The position numbers and the translations under genes were made by a program. Of a DNA stretch of 64,000 bases, positions 38,030-48,314 are shown piece after piece (position 1 is the first letter of the stretch; every line of letters starts with the position of its first letter). This stretch comes from an uncultured Trueperaceae bacterium (GTDB lineage: Bacteria; Deinococcota; Deinococci; Deinococcales; Trueperaceae). The notes under the pieces were generated by a model. It was not told where the DNA came from, searched no databases, and saw only the letters and a program-made list of their open reading frames with translations. Location: contig CAWFFU010000008.1 of NCBI GenBank assembly GCA_963815215.1, positions 224,358 to 288,357 on the forward strand. The letters run 5' to 3'.

Positions 38030-39055
38030 TTGGAGTACTTCTTCTTCATCATCAGGCGTCTGCTGTGGTCACTGCTGGTGCTGGTGGGATTGTCGATCGT
38101 GATCTTCCTGATCGCCCGGGTCGTTCCAGGCGACCCGGCCAGGATCGCGCTCGGACCGCTCGCTACGGCCGAACAGGTCACCAACCTGCGCCACAAGATG
38201 GGGCTCGACCGGCCGCTCTACGTGCAGTACGGCCGCTACGTGTCCGGTCTGGTGCGCGGCGACTTCGGCCAGTCGCTGCTGACCCAGCGTAGCGTCGCGA
38301 GCGACCTGCGCTCGGCCTTCCCGGCCACGCTCGAGCTCGTCCTGGTGACCATCCTGATCGCCATGGCGCTCGGCATCCCGACCGGGGTGCTGGCCGCCCG
38401 ATTCAAGGACTCCTGGGTCGACAATGTCAGTCGGATCGTCTCGCTGTTCGGCGTGGTCACGCCGAGCTTCTTCATCGCGCTGCTGCTGCAACTCCTGGTA
38501 GGCTATTTTCTCCATTTCCTGCCCGTGAACGGGCGCCTCAGCCCGAGCTCCACGTTCACGCCGGACATCACCGGCCTGGTGCTCATCGATGCCCTGCTGC
38601 GCGGCCAACCCGCGGTCTGGCTCGACGGCCTGCGGCACCTTATCCTGCCGGCCGTGAGCCTCGCGGCCGCCAGTCTGGGCCAGATCGCCCGTATCACGCG
38701 CTCCTCGATGATCGACGTCAGCCGCAAGGACTACGTCGAGGCCGCCCGCGCCTTCGGCATCCCCGATTTCGTCACGACCTTCAAGTACATGCTCAAGCCC
38801 TCGTTCATCCCGACATTGACCATCCTGGGCCTGGAGTTCGCGTCGCTGCTCGGCAACGCGTTCCTGGTGGAGATGGTCTTCGGATGGCCCGGCATGGCTG
38901 CCTATGGCGTGCGCGCCATCCTGCACAAGGACTTCAACGCCATCATGGGCGTGGTGATGGTCACCGGAGCCTTCTTCGTGCTCGTCAACCTGCTCATCGA
39001 CGTGCTGTTGGGGACGTTCGATCCGCGGATCCGCATCCGGGGAGCGCGCTCGTGA
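38030..39055 (+). CDS. DppB-like ABC permease
   Basis: Motifs PGDPA, GLDRPL, GDFGQS, DYVEAARAFG and FGWPGM. TTG start. Confidence 0.93.
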   Translation: MEYFFFIIRRLLWSLLVLVGLSIVIFLIARVVPGDPARIALGPLATAEQVTNLRHKMGLDRPLYVQYGRYVSGLVRGDFGQSLLTQRSVASDLRSAFPATLELVLVTILIAMALGIPTGVLAARFKDSWVDNVSRIVSLFGVVTPSFFIALLLQLLVGYFLHFLPVNGRLSPSSTFTPDITGLVLIDALLRGQPAVWLDGLRHLILPAVSLAAASLGQIARITRSSMIDVSRKDYVEAARAFGIPDFVTTFKYMLKPSFIPTLTILGLEFASLLGNAFLVEMVFGWPGMAAYGVRAILHKDFNAIMGVVMVTGAFFVLVNLLIDVLLGTFDPRIRIRGARS

Positions 39056-39068
39056 AGGGGACACCGTC

Positions 39069-39968
39069 ATGAGCGACGTGCCCGCCGCGGCGTTCGAGAC
39101 GGGTGTCGAGGAATCGGCCCGCCGACGCGCATGGCGCCGCGGGTGGTACCGCTTCCGGCGCAACCCCGCCGCGGTCGCGGGCCTGGCGATGGTGCTGCTG
39201 GTCGTCGTGGCGGCGCTGGGCGCGCCGTTACTGGCGCCTTCGCCCGAGAGCGCAGGCAACCTGGTGAACTTCGCCGAGCGCCACCAGCCGCCGTCGCTGC
39301 ACCACCTGTTCGGAACGGACAACGTGGGTCGGGACGTGTTCTCGCGCGTGCTGTTCGGTTACCGCGTGTCGTTGCTGCTGGTCGTGTTCGTGCTGGGCCT
39401 GTCGGTGCCCTTCGGCGTGTTCCTGGGGCTGCTGGCCGGTTACTACGGCGGCTGGGTGGAGACGGTGATCATGCGGGTCACGGACGTCTTCCTGGCCATC
39501 CCAGCGCTGGTCATGGCGCTGGCGATCACCGCCGCGCTGACGCCGAGCCTGCTGAACGGCATGATCGCCATCAGCCTGCTGTGGTGGAACTGGCACACCC
39601 GCCTCATCTACACCACCGTGAGCTCGCTCCGCAACGAGGAGTACGTCGAGGCGGCCAAGTTGGCGGGCGCCAGCGACGCGCACATCCTGTTCCGCGAGAT
39701 CCTCCCCAACTGCGTCTCCGTGATCTCCGTCAAGGTCACGCTCGACGCCGGCTTCGTCATCCTCATCGGCGCGGGCCTGAGCTTCCTCGGCCTCGGGGCC
39801 CAACCGCCCACCCCCGACCTGGGCACGATGGTAGCGGCAGGCGCGAACTACCTGCCCGAAGACTGGTGGGAATCGGTCATGCCGGGGCTTGGGATCCTGT
39901 TCGCCATCCTCGGCTTCAACCTGCTCGGTGACGGTCTGCGGGACCTGCTCGACGTGGAGGTGTCATGA
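39069..39968 (+). CDS. DppC-like ABC permease
   Basis: Motifs HLFGTDNVGRD, EYVEAAKLAG and FNLLGDGLRD. Confidence 0.93.
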   Translation: MSDVPAAAFETGVEESARRRAWRRGWYRFRRNPAAVAGLAMVLLVVVAALGAPLLAPSPESAGNLVNFAERHQPPSLHHLFGTDNVGRDVFSRVLFGYRVSLLLVVFVLGLSVPFGVFLGLLAGYYGGWVETVIMRVTDVFLAIPALVMALAITAALTPSLLNGMIAISLLWWNWHTRLIYTTVSSLRNEEYVEAAKLAGASDAHILFREILPNCVSVISVKVTLDAGFVILIGAGLSFLGLGAQPPTPDLGTMVAAGANYLPEDWWESVMPGLGILFAILGFNLLGDGLRDLLDVEVS

Positions 39969-40990
39969 CGAGCCCGTCCGGTCGGCCGGCGCAGGCGCGG
40001 CCCGGACCGATCCTCGACGTCGAGGACCTGCGGGTGGAGTTCTCCACCTTCGACGGCGTCGCCAACGTCCTCAACGGGGTGTCGCTCGAGGTGCACAAGG
40101 GCCAGCGGGTGGGTCTGGTCGGCGAGTCCGGCTGCGGCAAGAGCGTCACCATGCGCGCCATCATGGGGATCCTCGCCACCCCACCCGCCCGCGTGCGCGG
40201 CCACATGACGTTCGAGGGTCGCGATCTGTTGACGCTGCCGCGCGCGCAGCGTCAGGCGCTCAAGGGCAGCGCCATGTCGATGGTCTTCCAGGACCCGATG
40301 ACCTCGCTCAACCCCGTGTTCCGCATCGGCGAGCAGCTCACCGACATCGTGCGCTGGGCGGATCGGCGGCACCGACTGCGCCGCTCAGCCCGGGAACGGC
40401 GTGCCCGGATCCTGGAGGTACTGACCCAGGTGCGTCTGCCCGATCCTGAACGCATCCTCGACACCTATCCTGTGCAGCTCTCCGGCGGGATGCGCCAGCG
40501 GGTGCTCATCGCCATGGCGCTGCTGAACCGCCCGCGCTTCCTCATCGCCGACGAGCCCGGCACCGCCCTCGACGTCACCACCCAGGATGAGATCCTCCGA
40601 CTCCTCAGCGAGCTGGTGCGTGAGGAACGGCTGGCGTTGCTCATGATCACCCATAACCTCGGCGTAGTGCGGGAGATGACCGATTACGTCTACGTGATGT
40701 ACGCCGGCAATGTGGTCGAGGAGGGCACTACGGCCGAGATCTTCGCGGCGCCCGCCCATCCCTACACCAAGGCCCTGTTCGCCTGCGTGCCGAAGCTCTC
40801 GGGTGGCCGGGCCTACGAAGGGATCGACGGCACGCTGCCCGACTACACCCGGCCCCCCGACGGATGCCGCTTCCATCCGCGCTGCCCGCACGCCGGCGAG
40901 CGCTGCCGCAACCAGCCACCGCTGCTGGCACTGAGTGAAACCCATCGCAGCGCGTGCTGGCTGCTCGACCCGGACGGCGTACAGGGATGA
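39965..40990 (+). CDS. DppD-like ABC ATPase
   Basis: Motifs [25 protein letters not shown] and GCRFHPRC. Confidence 0.95.
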   Translation: MTSPSGRPAQARPGPILDVEDLRVEFSTFDGVANVLNGVSLEVHKGQRVGLVGESGCGKSVTMRAIMGILATPPARVRGHMTFEGRDLLTLPRAQRQALKGSAMSMVFQDPMTSLNPVFRIGEQLTDIVRWADRRHRLRRSARERRARILEVLTQVRLPDPERILDTYPVQLSGGMRQRVLIAMALLNRPRFLIADEPGTALDVTTQDEILRLLSELVREERLALLMITHNLGVVREMTDYVYVMYAGNVVEEGTTAEIFAAPAHPYTKALFACVPKLSGGRAYEGIDGTLPDYTRPPDGCRFHPRCPHAGERCRNQPPLLALSETHRSACWLLDPDGVQG

Positions 40991-41982
40991 GCGGGTCCCA
41001 GCCGATCCTGGCGGTCGACGATCTACGCAAGCTCTTCCCCGTGCGGCGCGGCCTGTTCCAGCGCGTGGTCAACCATGTGCGCGCCGTCGACCACGTCAGC
41101 TTCGAGGTGCAGCCGGGCGAGATCTTCGGGCTCGCCGGCGAGTCGGGCTCGGGGAAGTCCACCCTGGCGCGCATCATCGTGGGCCTCGACGGGGCGACCT
41201 CGGGCACCATCCGATTCCAGGGCGAGGACGTCGCCACGCTGCGCAGACAGCGCAGCTTCCGGCGCCGCGTCCAGATGGTCTTCCAGAATCCCGGCTCGTC
41301 GCTCAACCCGCGCCGCTCCATCGAGCAGAGCCTGTTCGTCCCCATGCGCTTCCAGGGCGTGGAGCCGAGCCGCTGGGAGGCCAGGGCCGGCGAGCTGCTG
41401 GAGATGGTGGAGCTGCCCGCGTCGTTCCGCTCGAAGTACCCGTTCGAGCTTTCGGGCGGGCAGAAGCAGCGGGTCGCCATCGCGCGCGCCCTGGCGGTGG
41501 AGCCCGAGCTGCTGGTGCTGGACGAACCGACCTCGGCGCTCGACGTCTCGGTGCAGGCCAAGATCATCGAGCTGCTCGTTCGGATCCGCAACGAGCTGGG
41601 TCTGTCCTACCTGTTCATCTCGCACGACCTCAGCCTCATGCGCAACTTCACCAGCAGGATCGCGGTCATGTATCTTGGCAGGCTGTGCGAGGTGGGTTTC
41701 ACGGACGAGGTGTTCATGCGGCCGAAGCACCCCTACACCCAGGGTCTCATCTCGTCGGTGCCCGTGGTCTCCGACGAAGAAGCGGCCTTGAAGCCGGTCG
41801 TGGAACGGATCCGCGGCGAGATCCCGAGCCCAACCAACGTGCCGACCGGCTGCAGCTTCCACACCCGTTGCCCGCAGTGTTTCGACCCGTGCACGCGCGA
41901 CGACCCCGCCTTCCGCCCGGTCGGGTTCGAGCATGCCGCGCGTTGCCACCTCTACCCCGCCGACGACACCGAGCCCGCTTGA
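40987..41982 (+). CDS. DppF-like ABC ATPase
   Basis: Motifs GESGSGKS, LSGGQKQR, DEPTSALD and GCSFHTRC. Confidence 0.95.
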   Translation: MSGSQPILAVDDLRKLFPVRRGLFQRVVNHVRAVDHVSFEVQPGEIFGLAGESGSGKSTLARIIVGLDGATSGTIRFQGEDVATLRRQRSFRRRVQMVFQNPGSSLNPRRSIEQSLFVPMRFQGVEPSRWEARAGELLEMVELPASFRSKYPFELSGGQKQRVAIARALAVEPELLVLDEPTSALDVSVQAKIIELLVRIRNELGLSYLFISHDLSLMRNFTSRIAVMYLGRLCEVGFTDEVFMRPKHPYTQGLISSVPVVSDEEAALKPVVERIRGEIPSPTNVPTGCSFHTRCPQCFDPCTRDDPAFRPVGFEHAARCHLYPADDTEPA

Positions 41983-42061
41983 CGAGGGCCCCGGCGTTTC
42001 TCCCCACCCGGAGGCGGCGCGCCGCCTCCGCAGGAGATACCGAGCGCGCCCGCACCGAACC

Positions 42062-42090
42062 TTGACGCAGCCCCCTGCCACCTCCATACT
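42062..42090 (+). promoter_or_regulatory. Promoter TTGACG-N17-CATACT for the nitrilase gene
   Basis: Near-consensus hexamers with a 17-bp spacer. Confidence 0.65.
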
Positions 42091-42174
42091 TGACGGACCC
42101 GAACCACCGCTTCGTTCACGCGCGCCACGACCTCCCTGCACCCCCTCGCGCGCCCGACTGCTAGGGAGGTTCCC

Positions 42175-43266
42175 GTGACGGACTCACAGCGTTCGCCTTT
42201 CGTCGTCGCCGCCGTTCAGGCCGCACCCCACTTCCTGGACAAGCAGGCCACCTTGGAGAAGGCCTGCGACCTCATCCACGAGGCGGGCGAGCACGGCGCA
42301 CGGCTGGCCGTCTTCCCGGAAGGCTTCATCCCGACCTATCCGGTGTGGGCCTGGTTCATCCCGCCCCACGCCAGCGGCGAGCTACGGCCGCTCTATGCCG
42401 AACTGCTCGACAACGCCATCGACGTGCCCGGACCCGAGACCGAGATCCTCGGAAGGGCGGCGCGCGCCGCCGGCGTTCACGTGGTCATCGGCGTCAACGA
42501 GATCAACCGCGAGGCGAGCGGTACCAGCCTGTTCAACACGGTGGTGGTGATCGACGCCACCGGCCGCCTGCGCTCCGGTCACCGCAAGCTCGTTCCCACG
42601 GTTGCGGAACGGCTGGTGCATGCCAGCGGCGACGGCAGCACGCTGGATGTCGTCGATCTGGGCGAGGCGCGGGTCGCGAGCCTCATCTGCTGGGAGAACT
42701 ACATGCCGTTGGCTCGCTACGCGCTCTACGCCTGGGGCGCCGAGATCCTGGCCATGCCCACATGGGATCGCGGCGAGCCCTGGCTGAGCACCCTGCGCCA
42801 TATCGCCAAGGAGGGGCGCGTGGTCGTCATCAGCGCTTGCAGTCCATTCCGGCGAGACCTCATCCCCGACCGCTACAGCTTCAAGGAGCGCTACCTGCCG
42901 GACGCGACCTGGCTCAATCCCGGCGATAGCGCCATCGTCGATCCTGACGGCAAGATGCTGGCGGGACCGCTCCACGAGGAGGAGGGCATCCTCTACGCCG
43001 AGGTCGACCCCGCGGCGTGGCGCGGGGCGCGCTACCAGCTCGACGTGGCAGGGCACTACGGACGGCCCGACATCTTCGACTTGCGTATCGACCGCACCTC
43101 CCGATCCCCTGCGCGGATCGGCGCCGGCCCGCCCAGCCCCGGCACGCCATCGGTCGGTCCGCTCGGGGACCGCCTCAGGGACCGTGCCGGGCGGGCCCAG
43201 GACCATCTCACCGAGGGCCCGACCGGACCGGACCGCAGCGGCTCACCGGACGACGAGACCACGTAG
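42175..43266 (+). CDS. Nitrilase (carbon-nitrogen hydrolase, branch 1)
   Basis: E-K-C triad motifs FPEGF, HRKLVPT and ICWENYMPL, plus DVAGHYGRPD. Confidence 0.93.
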   Translation: MTDSQRSPFVVAAVQAAPHFLDKQATLEKACDLIHEAGEHGARLAVFPEGFIPTYPVWAWFIPPHASGELRPLYAELLDNAIDVPGPETEILGRAARAAGVHVVIGVNEINREASGTSLFNTVVVIDATGRLRSGHRKLVPTVAERLVHASGDGSTLDVVDLGEARVASLICWENYMPLARYALYAWGAEILAMPTWDRGEPWLSTLRHIAKEGRVVVISACSPFRRDLIPDRYSFKERYLPDATWLNPGDSAIVDPDGKMLAGPLHEEEGILYAEVDPAAWRGARYQLDVAGHYGRPDIFDLRIDRTSRSPARIGAGPPSPGTPSVGPLGDRLRDRAGRAQDHLTEGPTGPDRSGSPDDETT

Positions 43267-43349
43267 AACGGCTGACGAGCGAACAGACCCCGACCGGGCA
43301 TCGGCCCACGACCAGGCCCGCGACGAAGCCCACGTAGACGGGCCCGAGC

Positions 43350-44309
43350 CTAGCGGGCGGCGTCCGACGACGCCTCGAGGCGCGCGATCTCCTCGGCGGA
43401 CAGCGCCACCGCCAGGGCCGCCGCGGCTTCGGCAGCGTGCGTAGGCTTGCTGGCGCCCGGGATGGCCACGACGGTGTCGCCGCGGGCCCGCACCAGCCAG
43501 CCGAGGGCGATCTGCGCGGGCGTGGCGCCGTGCGCCGCGGCGATGGACTCCAGTGCCTCGACGACCGGCCGACTCCTGTCCAGGCGGCGCCTGAGCACCC
43601 TGCGCCGGCCGACCGGCGTGGCCTCCAGCAGGCCGGGATCGCGGTGGAACTTGCCCGTCAACAGGCCGGAATCGAGCGGCGAGTAGGCGATGATGGTCAC
43701 GCCCAGCTCCTCGGCGGCGTCGAGCACGCCGTTCCGCTCGATCTCGCGGTGCAACAGGCTGTAGTGCACCTGGTTCGACGCCAGCGGCAGGCCGCGCCGC
43801 GCCAGGGCGGCATGGGCGCGACGCATCCTTCGCTCGTCGAAGTTGCTCACGCCGACCGCACGGATCTCGCCGGCATCGACGAGGTCCGCCATGGCGTCCA
43901 TCTCCGCCTCCGGCGAAGAGAACGACCAGGGCTGGTGCACCTGGTAGAGGTCGATCCCGTACGGCGCCAGCGCGGTCCTGCGGCGAGAGATGGTGCGGCG
44001 CAGGTTCGCTGCGGTGCGCAGCAACGGCAACCACTTGGTCGCCACGCCCACGCTTCCGGTCTCGACCCCGAGCGCCTGAAGAGCCGCGGCCAGCCCCCGC
44101 TCGGAGCGGCCGCCGCCGTACATCTCCGCGGTATCGAACCAATCGATACCACCGTCGAGGGCCGCCCGCACGATATCCGTCATCGCCGGCTGATCGATGG
44201 ACGGGAACATGAAGCGGAACACCCCGGCGCCCCCGGCGAACTGCATGATGCCGAGACCGATCGGGGTGATCCGGATGTCGGTACGTCCCAGCTTCCTTCG
44301 AGGCTGCAC
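43350..44309 (-). CDS. Aldo/keto reductase
   Basis: Motifs FDTAEMYG, ATK, IDLYQVH, GVSNF and AYSPL. Alternative start at 44324. Confidence 0.93.
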   Translation of the reverse strand: MQPRRKLGRTDIRITPIGLGIMQFAGGAGVFRFMFPSIDQPAMTDIVRAALDGGIDWFDTAEMYGGGRSERGLAAALQALGVETGSVGVATKWLPLLRTAANLRRTISRRRTALAPYGIDLYQVHQPWSFSSPEAEMDAMADLVDAGEIRAVGVSNFDERRMRRAHAALARRGLPLASNQVHYSLLHREIERNGVLDAAEELGVTIIAYSPLDSGLLTGKFHRDPGLLEATPVGRRRVLRRRLDRSRPVVEALESIAAAHGATPAQIALGWLVRARGDTVVAIPGASKPTHAAEAAAALAVALSAEEIARLEASSDAAR

Positions 44310-44491
44310 CCTGCCCCCTTCCATGACGACGCGCGGCCTCCGGCCGATGCGCCCGCCTGCCCCCACCGTACCTCTCGCGGCGCACGAGCGCGAAGAGCGC
44401 CCACCCCGACTGAACGGCGGGCGCACCGTTCCGAAGCCATGGGTCCCCGGTGAGGCGAGACCGTCGGGTAGGCCGGTTGGAGCGACGCGGC

Positions 44492-45259
44492 TCATGCCGT
44501 CGATACGGCGAGCACCATCCAGGCCGCCTGCAGATCGAGCAGGCCATGCACCACCATCAAGTAGGGCAGTAAGCGCGGCCTGATGTGCAACGCCACGGCG
44601 AGCAGGAAGGCGAAGGGCATGAACATCAGGAGGCGCCACAGGATGAAGGCGCCGTCGAAACGGAGCGGCAACCCGACATGCTGTGCCCCGAGGAAGAAGG
44701 CGGCCACCACGACGGCGAGCGTGGGACGGCCCCAGCGCACGGCCAGGCGCGGCATGGCGTAGCCGAAGTAGGTGGGGAGCTCCGCCATCGCCACCGTGAT
44801 CGGGAACGCCACGAGGCTCGCCAGCGCCGCCCATCGGGGGAGCGCCGCGAAGAACAGAGCGGCCGGCGCCTGCGGGTCCCCGAAGAGCCACTGAGCCAGT
44901 CCCAAGTTCGGCAGCAGCACCAGCGGCGCGCTCACGACGAGCAGGCCGAGCACGACGAGCACGTCGGCGCGGGCGGTCGTGCGCTCGAAGTGCCAGAAAT
45001 CCCGATAGCGCCGTCCCTCACGGTGCAATAGCGAACGCAGAAGCGCGATGCATAGCACGTTGGTGAGGGTGGCCGTCACGGGCCACCAGGCGGCCGACGC
45101 CGACCAGGCAGCCGCCGATCCCGTCCATGCGTACACGCCTGCTATGGCCGCCTGGAAGGTGACGAAGCCCGCGAGGCGGACCAACACCATCGAGACCGCT
45201 GCAGTCGTGGAGAACGGCACGCCGTATCCAACCGGCACACGTGCGCCCGAAACGTTCAC
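44492..45259 (-). CDS. CPBP (CAAX protease-like) intramembrane protein
   Basis: Multi-TM protein with AELPTYFGY, FLGAQH and VVHGLLD. Confidence 0.7.
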   Translation of the reverse strand: MNVSGARVPVGYGVPFSTTAAVSMVLVRLAGFVTFQAAIAGVYAWTGSAAAWSASAAWWPVTATLTNVLCIALLRSLLHREGRRYRDFWHFERTTARADVLVVLGLLVVSAPLVLLPNLGLAQWLFGDPQAPAALFFAALPRWAALASLVAFPITVAMAELPTYFGYAMPRLAVRWGRPTLAVVVAAFFLGAQHVGLPLRFDGAFILWRLLMFMPFAFLLAVALHIRPRLLPYLMVVHGLLDLQAAWMVLAVSTA

Positions 45260-45585
45260 GATGCACCCCTCCCAGCGAAGTATACGCAGCCTCGTGCTGG
45301 TGGGGTCATCCCGACCGAGGCACGGATCCACCCAGCGGATGCGAGCGGCGGCCCCCGACGGACGACGGGGCACGCGGCGCCGTAGTGGCCGCCGGCCGGT
45401 CACGGGCCCCTCCTGCACGCTGGGATCCCTCACACGTTCGAGGTGTGTGCCGGGGACCAGGGCAGTACCATGGGAGAACGACGGACGTCGACGGTGTTCC
45501 CCCTTCCCCTCCGGAGCCTTGATGGGAGGTGGCGGCGCAACCGCCAGGCCCTGCTGGGTGAACGAAGCTCGAGGAGACGACACTC

Positions 45586-46404
45586 ATGCCTACGGCACCG
45601 ATCCACGGAACCACCCTCTTCTACACCGTCGTCGGGGAAGGCCTCCCCTGCCTGGTCATGCACGGTGGACTGGGGCTCGACCATCACTACCTGACGCCGG
45701 GACTCGACCCGCTCGGGGACACGCTACAACTCATCTACTACGACCACCGGGGCAACGGTTCCTCGGGCCGGCCGGCCCGCGGGACGCTCACCCACGCTCA
45801 GCTCGCCGACGATGCGGCCGCCCTCGCGACGCACCTCGGCCACCAACGGGTGGCGGTGCTGGGGTTCTCCTATGGCGGCTTCCTGGCGCTCGAGTTCGCG
45901 TTGCGCCACCCCGACCGCCTGAGCCACCTGCTGCTGATGGGGACAGCGCCGGCCTTCGGCTACCACGACGAGATCATGGCGAACGCCCGGCGTATGGGCG
46001 CCACCGCCGCACAGCTCCGTGCGCTGGAAGGCGACGGCGAGGCGACCAGCGACGAGGCCTTCGGGGAACACATCGAGTTGCTGTGGCCGCTGTACTTCCA
46101 CGACTACCGACCCACCTACGCCGCGCTCCTCGACGATGTCATCTACTCCGTGCAGGGGCAACCGCCGGCCGCCGAGAGCGCCGCCTACGACGTGCGCCCC
46201 CGCCTGGGCGAGATCGCCGCGCCGACGCTGATCCTGGCCGGGCGCGACGACTTCGTGTGCCCGCCGTCGCAGGCCCGGATCCTGGCCGACGGCATCCCCG
46301 GCGCGGAGCTGCACATGTTCGAGCACAGCGGGCACATGCCCTACGTGGAGGAACCGGAAGCGACGTTCGACGCCATCCGCCAGTGGCTGGCGCGACCGCG
46401 CTGA
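45586..46404 (+). CDS. Alpha/beta hydrolase (proline iminopeptidase-like)
   Basis: Motifs HGGLG, YDHRGNG, GFSYGG, GRDD and SGH. Confidence 0.92.
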   Translation: MPTAPIHGTTLFYTVVGEGLPCLVMHGGLGLDHHYLTPGLDPLGDTLQLIYYDHRGNGSSGRPARGTLTHAQLADDAAALATHLGHQRVAVLGFSYGGFLALEFALRHPDRLSHLLLMGTAPAFGYHDEIMANARRMGATAAQLRALEGDGEATSDEAFGEHIELLWPLYFHDYRPTYAALLDDVIYSVQGQPPAAESAAYDVRPRLGEIAAPTLILAGRDDFVCPPSQARILADGIPGAELHMFEHSGHMPYVEEPEATFDAIRQWLARPR

Positions 46405-46423
46405 GCCGTTCTGGCGGCGTCGC

Positions 46424-48304
46424 TCAGCGGTGGAAGGCGCGCGCGAAGCGCTGCTGCTTGAGGTACACGAAGCGAGGGGCGAGCGGCGGCAGGTTGGCTG
46501 CGTCGCTGAACCGGGTGTCGAAGCTCCAATCGCGCTGCGGCGCCGTGTAGACCGAACCCCCGTAGTGCCAGGGTCCGTCGGCGTGACGCGCGTTCCCGAG
46601 GCTCACGAATGAGCCCCTGTACGTCATCTTCGTGCCGGTCCAGTTCTCATGGAACCGCGGGTAGTTCTCGAGCCCGCCGCTGTACGTGCCTCCCTGCCCG
46701 GACACGCCTTCCACGCCGCCGGTGCTGTCCGTCCCGGACAGGAAGGCGGCATTGACCTCGGTGGGGCTGGCCGACCGTGACGACAGTCCCAGCGTCGACC
46801 TGACGTCCCAGCCGCTGGTGTTCCAGCGATTCGACAGTACGTCGATGGTGTCGGAGAGGAACGATGCCGGGCGCCAGGCGCCACTGGCGTCCTTGTTGTA
46901 GTCCCCCTGGACGTAGGCCGCCTGGTCGGTCACCACCGTCAGGCCCTTGATCTGCGGCGCGCCCGCAACGGTGCTGGCGAGCGTGGCGCCGTCCCGCACC
47001 CGCACGCCGTAGCCACTGCCGGCCTGGCCGGAGGCGGGACCGGCGACCGTGAAGTACAGGACCAGGCCCCCGAGCGACGTGCCGTTGATGTCCGTCTTGC
47101 CGCTGGCGCTGTCCCCGAACAGCGTGGGATGGTTGTGCAGGCAATCCAGCAGGGCGCCCATGTCGACCTCGAGCAGGGTCATGGTCTTCTGCTCGCGGTT
47201 GTCGTAGAAGCTGTTCGACCAGTCGACGGCGGTGCCGGCCGGCGAGCTGCTGTTCTGTGTGTACGCCAGGTTGGAGGTGTTACGCGCCGGGCAGGTGTCC
47301 AGCACGTTGGTGAGGGCGGTGTTCACCCCTCCACCGGTGCGGTTGGGGACGATGATGCCGGTGGGGTTGCCGCTGCTATCGACCTGCAGCTCGACCACCA
47401 GATCGGCGTTCTGCCAGTAGCTGTTGCCGGGGTCCAGCTGGTCCGGCGACGGCACCGTGAGGGTGTCGAGACCGGTCTGGACGTGGCCGTTGTACTGCGC
47501 CAGGGTAGTGGCCGTCACCGGTCCGAGGGTGCCGCAGTACAGCTCCGGGTAGCTCCCGGTGCCGTCGTTGATCGTCACGGTGCCGTTGCAGGCGGTGCTG
47601 TCCTTGCGGCGCCGGTAGAGATCGCCGCCGGTGCCGCCGTCACGCATGGAGACCGTCACATCGCCGTCGATCCGCAAGCTGGGGTCGCTGTTGAGATAGA
47701 GGTCGCCGTTCACGTGCACCGGCCCGTTCAGCGTCATCGGCGCTCCCGGAAGGATCTCGAGATCCTTGTTGTAGAAGGCCGTGAACTGGAACAGCGGGAC
47801 CAGCCGGCTCTTGAACACCAGCTTCACGATGGCCTCCGGGCGCGTGCCGCCCGCCGGGATGGCCTCCGAGAACACCGTGTAGGTGTACTCCAGCGCGTTG
47901 AGCCCGGCGTACTGCTCGTTCGGAGGGATGGTGAGCGAGGAGCCACCGGCACCGTTGGCCGGATCCTCGACGACGTAGGTGCGCACGGTGCGCCCGGACA
48001 CGGTGTAGTCCGTGCAGGCGAAGTCGCCGCTGCCGAGGTTGCTGCCGGTGCACGGGGCGGTGGCACTGGGGCTGGTTCCCGCCGGGCGGTTGTAGTCCTG
48101 GAAGATCTGCCGCACCTGCTCACCGCGGAGGTTCAGGCCGGCCTCGGCGGCGTAGAAGCCGGTGGTGCTGTCGGCATTGGCCTGGCTGGTGGTCATCTCG
48201 ATCCGGGTGGTGAAGAAGTACGCCGCCACCAGCAAGCCGAGCACCACCACCATGGACAGCACGGTGACGAGAACGAATCCTTGGCGGGCTCGGTAGCTGC
48301 GCAC
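46424..48304 (-). CDS. PilX-like N-terminal pilin fused to a large beta-rich domain (putative type IV pilus tip protein)
   Basis: Class III signal RQG|FVLVT (no Glu+5, as in PilX/GspK), FYAAEAG, GPVHVNGDL, and C-terminal GGLENYPRFHENW...YRGSFV...PQRDWSFD. Confidence 0.85.
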   Translation of the reverse strand: MRSYRARQGFVLVTVLSMVVVLGLLVAAYFFTTRIEMTTSQANADSTTGFYAAEAGLNLRGEQVRQIFQDYNRPAGTSPSATAPCTGSNLGSGDFACTDYTVSGRTVRTYVVEDPANGAGGSSLTIPPNEQYAGLNALEYTYTVFSEAIPAGGTRPEAIVKLVFKSRLVPLFQFTAFYNKDLEILPGAPMTLNGPVHVNGDLYLNSDPSLRIDGDVTVSMRDGGTGGDLYRRRKDSTACNGTVTINDGTGSYPELYCGTLGPVTATTLAQYNGHVQTGLDTLTVPSPDQLDPGNSYWQNADLVVELQVDSSGNPTGIIVPNRTGGGVNTALTNVLDTCPARNTSNLAYTQNSSSPAGTAVDWSNSFYDNREQKTMTLLEVDMGALLDCLHNHPTLFGDSASGKTDINGTSLGGLVLYFTVAGPASGQAGSGYGVRVRDGATLASTVAGAPQIKGLTVVTDQAAYVQGDYNKDASGAWRPASFLSDTIDVLSNRWNTSGWDVRSTLGLSSRSASPTEVNAAFLSGTDSTGGVEGVSGQGGTYSGGLENYPRFHENWTGTKMTYRGSFVSLGNARHADGPWHYGGSVYTAPQRDWSFDTRFSDAANLPPLAPRFVYLKQQRFARAFHR

Positions 48305-48314
48305 GATCTGCCTC

